NCBI GenBank assembly: GCA_002633005.1
Contig: NMRA01000346.1
Span: forward strand, 180,116 to 244,115
Direction of reading: 5' to 3'
DNA: 64,000 nt
Source of the DNA: Phoronis australis
Taxonomy: Eukaryota > Animalia > Phoronida
In this document: positions 53,901 to 64,000 of the stretch, one piece after another
Layout: every line of letters begins with the position of its first letter
How positions within the stretch are numbered: position 1 is the stretch's first letter
Made by a program: the position numbers and the translations under genes
Notes under the pieces: model-generated
Database searches by the model: none
What the model was told of the DNA's origin: nothing
Seen by the model: the letters and a program-made list of their open reading frames with translations, nothing else

Positions 53901-55299
53901 ATAATAGTGAATTGAGAAATGAGCTGGTGACCAGTGGCTACATGTTAATTTGCATGTGAGAAACACGACCACGTGCTAGACACATGCATTGCATTGTGGT
54001 TAAATGCTGTTCAATATCAGGACCGACCCATAACCAGTAAACTTTCGGGGGTTCCGGATATTGACAACCAGTTTCCTAACTAAATAACGAATATCAAATC
54101 GGTTCTCAAAATCGGAGACCACAGCACTGAGCATGTGACTACTACCGCATCCATTCTGAAACCACGTTTATGTTGGATGTCTCAAAATGTATTCACACTT
54201 CACTGCCGTGGCCCGGAGTGAAATTTTTCTACCCCAAATCGAACTCAAAACTCTACTTTTGTGTGAACTCAAAGTAAGGGTCTTTTATTCTTTGTTTGAG
54301 CACATACTGGCTTACTTGGATAACTGTTTAATCTTTTTTTACACTTGATAACCGGGCATTAAAGTTAAAACTCCGAGTTTTTCTTCGAAATCTCGAGTTT
54401 TTACTGCAGCTTGTGGCACAGACTTAAAGCACAAGACAGACTAATAGCCTTGAGCAAAAGTAGAACAGAAAATGCCAAAAGTTTGATTAGGCCCCGGCCC
54501 TTGGAGTACAAATTCAATTCCCGGAGATGAGATTACCGTAGGAGCCGCGTGAGCCGTCCCATACTCTATATGGACGGAAAATGCAACCAAACGAACAGGT
54601 TTGGGAGAACGATAACCAATGCAACACTGGAAACTCAAAAACTTCAAGGCAGTACACAAGAAATCAATCTTCTTTCCAAGATAATAAACCGTGCACTTAT
54701 TTTGGTTTAAAGCCCTTCTGTCCAGCTCTTTATGAATGAAGTCATTAATCTTATTCCCAAGTCAATAAACAATGAGTCCAAGTGAGAGTGCGTTTTTGGA
54801 ATCTCTCTGAGTCATGTTTGGAATATAATCACTTGTTATTTACCCATCTGTAAACACTGGGTCACGTTAATTTTGTGGCTCAAACTACTGTAAATGAAAT
54901 GCCCAAAGCTAGGACTATCTGGCTTCGTAAAGAGGCCAAAAATCAACACTCCGTCAAAAATATACGAATATGACCACTTTCTGTAGCGAAATTGGTCTGA
55001 AATTATGTTTTAGTCAGATTAAGGGTGTTTTCGAAGTTTGGAAAGACATATCAGAACGCCAGTGCTTGGAAACAAGTCCTGAAAATTGGCTTGTCGCGGC
55101 GGGTCAGTTTAGACGTCGAGTATGATTTCAAGCTCAGAAAATCCTTTTTGTTTAAGTTTGGCACACGCTAAGATCAATTTGTAGCGGTGAGTGATTTATT
55201 TGACTGAACACGGGTTGTTGGGTAACTCAAGCTTCTCCGGAATGGAATCTCAGGTAAGCAAGCATTATTTTCTTTAGTAATACATACACATGTAACTAG

Positions 55300-55650
55300 A
55301 CCATCGTCATCATCGACGTAGTCATTGTCGTCGTCGTTGTCGTCACATTTTTCGTCATCGTAACCATGACCATCGCCATCTTTGTCGTCACGACAGTCAA
55401 TTTCAACAACCTGCATACATTTCAACAATCAGCATACATTTAAGCATAAACTTCATCACCAAACTTCATCACCAAACTTCGTCACCAAACTCATCACGTC
55501 TTCGTAAACAAACAGTGTAATCACCGTACTCACCATCATCTTCACCATCGCCCTCATCCTTATCTTCACCGTCGCCTTCATTGTTACCGTCATCATTATG
55601 GCTGCCATCAATATCTTCACTACTGCACTTATCATCAACGTCATCGTCGA
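55300..55650 (+). repeat. Degenerate (CAT/CGT/CAC)n low-complexity tract; a similar tract lies at ~63280-63460
   Basis: Trinucleotide periodicity, no consistent reading frame or splice context. Confidence 0.7.
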
Positions 55651-56048
55651 ATTAAACTAAATCTTTGTAAAACCATTGAACACCACATACAATATTGTTC
55701 TATGGCAAGTACTCACCACCTAAAATGAAAATTATAACCAGGGTACTCAACCACACAGATTATGTCTGACAAGTTTCCATGACACAGCAGCTGATTTCTT
55801 TCACCAAAGAGATCGTTCAGGACATCAGCAAGAAAAAAGTCAAAAAGCCTTCTTATGAATATTCGGTGATATCTCAGGTCCTCTACTTTCGAACTGACAG
55901 TGAAAATGTGTGATACCAGAGTGTTAACGTTCATAAGCCGATGTCTTGGTTCTTATGATGATGCCGCAAGTATATAATTGTCCAAATCTCGTGTGAAAAA
56001 GGACGTACGACATAACACCTGGCTTTAAACGGTAATTGCACAGATATC

Positions 56049-56140
56049 GGATCCTCAGTAGCTCTGTGGTAAGAGCACTAGACCGGCAATCTAGAGACCT
56101 GTGGTTCGATTCCCAGTTGGGGCTTCTGATTTTTCTGTGT
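56049..56140 (+). mobile_element. tRNA-derived SINE head (Ala-like)
   Basis: A box TAGCTCTGTGG, B box GGTTCGATTCC, anticodon-like arm CTAGA-ccGGCaa-TCTAG. The acceptor stem is imperfect. Confidence 0.65.
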
Positions 56141-56756
56141 TTATTCGATATGTTTCTCTATTGGCCAACCACAGCGTCTGTGTATTTACTAGTATCTATA
56201 CAATGACACTTCACGTTCGTATGCTGACACCCAAATGGCAAAGTGGTTCTTGTGCAAGATGGATAATCGCTGGGATGCTGCTATAATAGATGGCGTGCAT
56301 CGGATAGGAAATTAATAAGGAAATCATAGGAGCACATCAATCCATCTGGTTTCCGTCCAACCAGCACGCAACAGTGGTGGATAGCCTTTTGAAGTGTCTT
56401 GGTTAAACGTGACCGATGTGACGATTATCAATCATGAAAATTCGTTTGTCGACAAGATTTTAATTCAGCCGGTCTATGACGGAAGCATTAGGTTATCAAG
56501 GGAACTAAACCTAGTTGATCTTCAGAAATGACGGGATGTGCACTGTACTCGCACAGCCTAGCCCGAGGTTGAGCTGCTGCATTATTTGACAGAACAAACG
56601 TAAAAAGACGCATATTGGCGTTGTTTCATTATCAGACGCAATTGCGATTGGCCATGAGAAATAAGTTAACTAAAAAGGAGAATCGGCGGTTTCGTTTCCT
56701 GAATACCTTCCCAATTCGATCAATCCAATGCTCAAACATACTGTTGTGATTCTCCG

Positions 56757-56797
56757 TATGTGTGGTGTGTGTTCGTGTATGTGTGTGTGTGTGTGTA

Positions 56798-56866
<69 letters not shown>

Positions 56867-57008
56867 GTATGTATGTACGTGTATGTATGTATACATGTAT
56901 ATATGTATGTATGTATGTGTGCATTGATGTGTGTGTGTATGTATATATGTATGTATGTGTGTGTGTATGTATATATGTATGTATGTATGTATGTATGCAT
57001 GTATATAC
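56757..57008 (+). repeat. Compound (GT)n/(GTAT)n microsatellite
   Basis: Direct inspection. Confidence 0.95.
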
Positions 57009-58913
57009 AATTTTGATTGTTCTGGGCAACTGTGGTGGTTTTTGTACAGTGTCCATGAATCGCAAGAATTGTAATGAGAGCTGGGTCCAGTGTTTTAATG
57101 TGTGGAGCCAATGCTGGGTTTCAAAGAGGACAGTGTCTGCACGTCCACTTAAGTCAGTTGTTTACCTGGCGTGTGCTGCGTAGAAGCGAGAATCTCGCAA
57201 AAACGAAAGAACTCATGACTTTGCGATATATCGTCATGTATTACAAGCGAAGCACGTGATCACACTGGATTCCTTAATTAGCGAGATTCTTGCGTCTGGG
57301 GAACACTGTCCAGTTCTCGTTCCTTACGTCAACACAAATTCACGATTATGCATTAGGGAAATGACAACGAAATTGAAACGAAAGATAATAATTTCAGTTG
57401 GGTTTATTGCTACAATCTACTTAGCTGAGGACCTTAATTCCTCTTCATTATTAACCGATCTACTGACAGAGCAATGACCTGACTTAGATAACAGGCAGAA
57501 AAAATAACTCGACGGGACACTGGATATGACTTCATGGGTAGACAGGCTGTCACGGATTGCACCTAGGGTTCTTAACCCAGCCTCGCTACCAGGTTTTCTG
57601 GCTCGCTCAACTCTGAAACCTGTAGCTTTAATGAAAAGGATATTGAAAAGCCTACATGTATTTGAGTAACTTAATGTGAATCTGGTTATGTACGCTATTA
57701 CTCAATTCAGATAGCCGTGTTAGTCAGCTAAAACACGTTACAATGTGAACCTGTGGTTAGACAGGGTGGACGTCCTTTTGCGTAGCCGCAAATTAAGTCG
57801 TTAAAACGTTAGTAACAGTTGCAGAAGGAGCAAACTATTCACACGTAAAACAAGTGTTTGAGGATGAGCGAATATCACAGAGCATCATTACATTTCAAGG
57901 ACTTTAAATTGATCTAGTCGTAGTCAATACCTGATTAATAGGCTAAAGCTGGATTTAGTGGCCGTTTTACAGGGGTAGTCTCCTTGTCCTAGGTCTTTTC
58001 GTAAACTGATTATGTATACATTATTCGTTTTGGTTGATCTGAAATAAAACTTCCAACTGCAGACTTTGTTCAACAGTTGAAACGACGTAACTCTATGATT
58101 ACGCCAATAACTAAACCCGGCTTATTTCAGGGGCATTTTCCCAAAAGTGGCGTCTGAAGTCGGATTGAAAATATCATTAATCAGGGTTCAGCTACAAAAC
58201 ATCTATACTTCCTTCGTGTAAGATATCTGAACTGCTGTTATCCAAATCAACGTCAAGTGATTAGAAAAAATGACAATTTTCACGAAAAATAATCACACGA
58301 TTACAGACTTTAGCCGTGAAGTGAGATTGATCAATCAGCTAGCATTTCTAAACTTTAAAGTTTTAGGGGTTTAAAACGGACAGTTAATAGTTATTTGATG
58401 AACTGTGAAATGGCAAAAGATTGATGATTAGTTTAAATATGTTTTTTATGCAAACATCTGAAAGCACCCTAGTACCGCTTGTCATACCTTCGAGTGCAGT
58501 TACATGAAATTATATGACATACATGTACAATGCATCTGGGCGAGAGGAAAGGCGTGCCAAGACCCGTCCCAGTTCCCTTCCGCAACACTGCTGCAACGAT
58601 CATAGCTCTCAATATTACCCCCACAACCACCGAACGCTTAAATTAAACCTCGCAACTAATAAAGAATGAGAACCAGGATCTTCTCTACGGAATCAGACTA
58701 GACTAAAACTTTAACTAGTCACGTTTCATGATTCGACTACAACTGAGAAAATCGAAGAGCGACAGGCAATCGGTGAATTTTTACTCAAGTTTCGTGTACA
58801 GAATTTACACCCGTGCTCAGGGTTGGTATGGATAAAAAGTAACGAACGCTGAGTAACAACAACGACGACCTAACATTGTCACGCTTCACATTCATATAGA
58901 TCAGCTAAGTACA

Positions 58914-60336
58914 CCTGATGTTCTGCATCAACGGGATTGATCCAGCGGATTAGTTTTAGGGATGAGTGCAACCCACTATTTACTAACACAGAAAACAAAA
59001 AATCGCGACTTCATAAAACCGTCACCATTTGGAATAATGATCCTGTGAAGAACTGACAACTAAAACTGTCATTTAAAAATGCATGCCTCACTTACCGGAA
59101 GTTCACAGCTAAATCGCTCACAAAAGTGCGGATTTTCCACGAAGTCCAAATTTATGCTTGATACACCCGCGTGTATGACCTAAACCGGTTTTCGAAACGA
59201 GTCGATGAACACGGTATTTGTCAACTTTTCAAGTGCCCACAATGATTCGTAATGCGTGTGAACGAGCAAACGTTCTCAAGAATGAACAAACAAAACAGCA
59301 ATGGACACGTTGCTCAGTTCTCGTCATTACTACACTAATTCAGTTTGCTTTTGTTCGATGGCTTCCCTGTTCAGGAGACAGGAATCTACTTTGAACGATT
59401 AATGAGAAAATGCCACCTTCTAGGGTAAAGACTGTAGTCAAATCATGTCAACACTCACGAGAAAAGTTTTGTTTGAGTATTAAGACCAACTGTTCGTGGT
59501 TTCAAGGGATGAGACCTGACATATACTTGAGTAATAAATTCGATTTCCAATATTACACNCTAGCCGACCGTTGTTGGTCGGCTGCTGGTCGGCTAGACGA
59601 CCGGTCGACGGCCGGTCGTCGACCAATTTCCGACCGGTCGGCCAAAAATTCGTGATGTGTGCTGTAGGTCCTAGCGTCTACTGAACGCACGCCTGATGTC
59701 CTGCATCAACCGGATTGATCCAGCGGATTAGTTTTAGGGATGAGTGCAACCCACTATTTACTAACACAGAAAACAAAGAATCGCGACTTCATAAAAACGT
59801 CACCATTTGAAATAATTATCCTGTGAAGAACTGACAACTAAAACTGTCATTTAAAAATGCATGCCTCACTTACCGGAAGTTCACAGCTAAATCGCTCACA
59901 AAAGTGCGGCTTTTCCACGAAGTCCATATTTATGCTTGATACACCCGCGTGTATCACCTAAACCGGTTTTCGAAACGAGTCGATGAACACGGTATTTGTC
60001 CACTTTTCAAGTGCCCACAATGATTCGTAATGCGTGTGAACGAGCAAACGTTCTCAAGAATGAACAAACAAAACAGCAATGGACACGTTGCTCAGTTCTC
60101 GTCATTACTACACTAATTCAGTTTGCTTTTGTTCGATGGCCTCCCTGTTCATGAGACAGGAATCTACTTTGAACGATTAATGAGAAAATGCCACCTTCTA
60201 GGGTAAAGACTGTAGTCAAATCATGTCAACACTCACGAGAAAAGTTTTGTTTGAGTATTAAGACCAACTGTTCGTGGTTTCAAGGGATGAGACCTGACAT
60301 ATACTTGAGTAATAAATTCGATTTCCAATATTACAC
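58914..60336 (+). repeat. 645-bp direct duplication (58914-59558 / 59692-60336), probably two haplotypes
   Basis: The copies differ by about 12 substitutions and are separated by a single N and a MITE end. Confidence 0.9.
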
Positions 60337-61535
60337 AGCTGAATTTACTGGTAACGAGATTCTCGTTTTACAGCTAGAATGATTCCCATCGAATCTACTT
60401 GAAATAAATGTACCGATGACGCTTCTTATTCGTATAAATCTACCACACATTATGAAAACCGTTTTGTTTTTTGACCCATGCGATGTACCTAAAGTCTTCC
60501 GGAAACAAACTGCCAATTCGCCAGGGTAACTACTAGTAGCCAGCGACAAACAATTTTCGGCATAGACTGGCGACAATATAGAATATCAAATCTTGATGCC
60601 GCAGTTGTGGGGAAAAGGAAACAGGAAATCTCAATGACATTTGCAGTAATTGATGATTTTGCAGTGACATTTGCAGAGATTTAAAGATTCTTTTTCATCA
60701 GTATGGAGCGTATGGGAACTCATCAAATGAAATATTTAATACCTAAATAGCTGTAAATTTATCAATTTTTAAGAGTTAGATATCAATCAACTGCGGCGGT
60801 CATTTTCTTGGGGAACAAATTAAATTTAAAAAAAGCGTTTATTTAATTCAGCTCAAAATGACAAAATCTATGTTGCTTTCGAAGAAAATTATAAGGAATC
60901 AGTTTTGGCTAAATGCAGCACAAGCTGTTTGCATTGAAATTCATTTTATGACGTTTCTAACTTAATGAATCGAAAAGAATGTATCTAATTAAAAACACTC
61001 GTTAACATAACTACGGGTAAAAGCACTTCCTGTCTCTTTCTCAATTTGGATAAATTACTCTGACGTCATTAGGTTAACTTTGTCTAAAACAACCACGAAT
61101 GCCACAACTTTTCAGGAGTGGAAAGCAATTCATACCGCGTGCGCCACATATGGCAATACTTCGCGAATGTACTGACGGCCATGAAGTAATAATCCACGTC
61201 TACAGACTCTTGTGCATATCACGTGCTATGACGCATCGTATTTCACTCCAAGAAAACGTATAAAATACGAGATTAGACGAGATCTGTGGGCATTTCTGAC
61301 TGGTCCGGGACGCAAAACAAAATAGTACTAGTCACTCGATTCGGTATTTTTAATTAAAAAAATACTAGCGCTAAATCGTATGCATGTCAGTAGAGCTTGT
61401 GCACAAAAAGTAAAAAATGTTAAATTTCTGTTTACGGACAAGTTTGTACTTGAACGGAATACTTTAAACCTTGCAATAGTGAGTGTTGACAGTTCTTACA
61501 TGCGCAAAACGAACATTGTTCTTTACCTACACAGA

Positions 61536-61770
61536 GGAGGCAGTGTGGCCTAGTGTGATAGGTGCGCGCCTTCATTACTCGAGGTCATGGGTTCGAGTCC
61601 CACTGGGCCACACTGCTAGACCCTTGAGTCAGGTTCTACCTCCTCAGCTCGGTTTTAACTACATATCAATAAAACACAAAATTAGGTCTAGGTGATCAGT
61701 GCAATGGGCCCACATGCGCGGGCTGCATAAGTCTGGCACATCGTGTACCTGACCACCTGTAATTATTTTT
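61536..61770 (+). mobile_element. tRNA-derived SINE
   Basis: A box TGGCCTAGTG, B box GGTTCGAGTCC, then a cccttgag core. The body segment agtgcaatgggccca recurs at ~23345. Confidence 0.65.
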
Positions 61771-64000
61771 TACATGCATGTAAGTTATTGATAAACATAT
61801 AAAGTCACGATTAGCATCTGCCTAAGAGACCAGGGGGCCGGGCCTCACCTCTTTACGGGCGGGACCGAAAAACAACCAAAACCTCCACAGGCTTTCCCTT
61901 TTAGGGACGATGTCAATATCATCCCTCGAAAATACTGGAGTCCCCACTCCCACCTCTTGCAACATTTCACGCTGGGCTCGCACCAGTTTATGACTTAACT
62001 TACGTATTAAATGTGCACGTCACTAGACAGACGATCCAACAACTGAAAGCGTTGGCCTGAGGAACCACGGACTCAGATCTCAGGCGGAAACATCCACTAA
62101 CATTTGTAGCTGAATACAAAAGCAACATAAATGTATTTTCCACCGACTAAAGCATGTTTTCCAGCGCGGTTCCCGCAAAACTAACCGCTTTGTAAATGAT
62201 CAAATATTGATGTTCATTGATTCGTGCACTTCAGTAATGTTTACCGTACAAATAACTCCGCTGAAAAGAAGAATAAGATTTCCGCTTTACAAAGTCGGAC
62301 AGGAACCGATGCGAAATAAAAAGGAAATTGTTCCAACAGCCACCGACGGCATACAAGTACTCCTCACAATAATGAAAGTTTCAATTTTTGTTCTTTTCTA
62401 TTTTGCTACAATTAACTGGAGCAAAATCAACTGTTACACAAGAGAAAAGCGACTTGGAAAAATACAGTCAATTGGCGGCCAGGACTTCCGGTGTATATTT
62501 AAACGAGTCTTTCCTTTGCTATCACTGAACATGTAAATCAGAGTCACTAAGCGTGTGTGAGGTCAGGCAAATAGGTAAACGTGCACCACTAGTATTACAA
62601 TGGAGAAACTAAAATAAACAAATCCACATTCACTGAAATAGCAAACCATTACCTTTTTGAACAATAATTTACATCTTACATCCATTGTCATGATTTTCAC
62701 ACCTTTAAGGGGTGGGGGTGGGGGTGGTTGTGGGGGTTGACGTTGTAATTTTAACTGTTTTAACCCTCACAATCTTTTTCACACTCATATGTTGCACGAA
62801 AAACGTGGCTAAGAGTCAACAGATTTACAGGTTCGCAAGCATATGGACAGTTTGAAGGAACAATGGATTATTAAATGTTTTGTGTTATTTCTGGATTCAG
62901 TTTGGTTCCGTATTGTGCCTGCTGTCTCCGTTACGCGGAGATTGGTCTGAGCTGCCAACTGCAAACCAAATACAAAAATCCACACGTACAATAATGCTAG
63001 GCTTGACAACGGCGTTAATAGTTTTCTTTTGATCACAGACCTTAGTTTTACTCGGCTACTGTCCTTGTGTCAAAATCTGAATATAATGGGTATTATTCGA
63101 AACAAAATAATGCGTGATTGCAACTCAATTTTTATGCCTCCGTCAGCAAGAGTTAGGACATCACAGTGGCGGCGTCAGTCAATATCTTTTGTTCCAACAC
63201 GCGGTGCTAAGCCCTAAAATTACCTCTCCCGAAGTCGCCATTTTCCTTCATGAGCTTACCCCTGATCCTGCGCATTTTTGGCATCGTCATCGTCGTCATC
63301 ACCGTCACCATCATCGCCATCACCTTGGTCGGAGTGGTCCTCGTGGTCAGACCCCTCTTCATTTACTCTGTCCTTGCATCGATCATAGTTACCATCATCT
63401 TTGCCATCGTCCTCGTCATCATACGCACTCCGGCGTCATCTTCGCTATCGCCGTCGTTATTTGTAGACTAATTCTTCTTCCTCCTCAATATGACCATAGT
63501 CATATCAATTTTTATCACTGCTTTGATCATCGCCGTTTGTTACTTACCCTTCAGTGTAATCTTTCGCACCACGATATTGCTGCGCGTGCGGTCGCCATAA
63601 TCCTTTTGTCAACAGCAATTCACACATTAGCTCAATCATCCTGTTTCATTTTTAGTGTCACGTGGGCAACCAGAAAAAAATATGTCCTTGGGCGTATAAC
63701 AGAAGTTTACGATGTGGGAATGTATATTTGGAAAAACCGCATTGATTTGTTTCTTTCGCCAATAAACTGCCAACAAGTTGTTTTAAAAAATCCCAGAAGC
63801 CATTTAATTTTTCATATTTCAGCATATTTCATAGCTTCTGATTTCTAGGACTTATCTGACATAGCTCACATTCAAAAGGAGAAGTGAGGGCGCAAGTGAA
63901 TAGACGTAAATACTATCAAGAAGTGACAGACATCATACCCAAGTTATGGAATCAATAGAAATACCACAAAAATCGAATTGTCAACTACTACAGCAAAACA

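Noticed and set aside
56049-56126. Functional tRNA-Ala(GGC)
   Set aside because: The acceptor stem is imperfect, the anticodon loop lacks U33, and a GGC anticodon is atypical for eukaryotic Ala. It fits a SINE head better.
63114-63848. 244-aa His-rich ORF, and the HT/VC-rich ORFs at 47158-47435 and 56632-57183
   Set aside because: They are products of simple-sequence repeats, with no domain or splice context.

Overview
This is AT-rich eukaryotic (invertebrate, probably lophotrochozoan) genomic DNA with two N gaps. I can reconstruct two spliced, convergently transcribed neural genes. The first is a 4-coding-exon calcitonin-family neuropeptide precursor on the + strand (14470-20072, 122 aa), which the ORF track largely misses. 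It has a 12-nt micro-exon, and its predicted mature peptide lacks the family's C-terminal Pro-Gly amidation signal. The second is a 4-exon D2-like dopamine receptor on the - strand (43318-28671, 527 aa). The rest is intron/intergenic sequence full of transposon debris: an internally deleted Kolobok element (THAP transposase plus convergent KolX remnant), a Penelope-like remnant, a second THAP fragment, several MITE families with readable TSDs, tRNA-derived SINEs and mini/microsatellites. Two duplications at contig joins look like haplotype artefacts. All family assignments come from motif recognition, not database searches.
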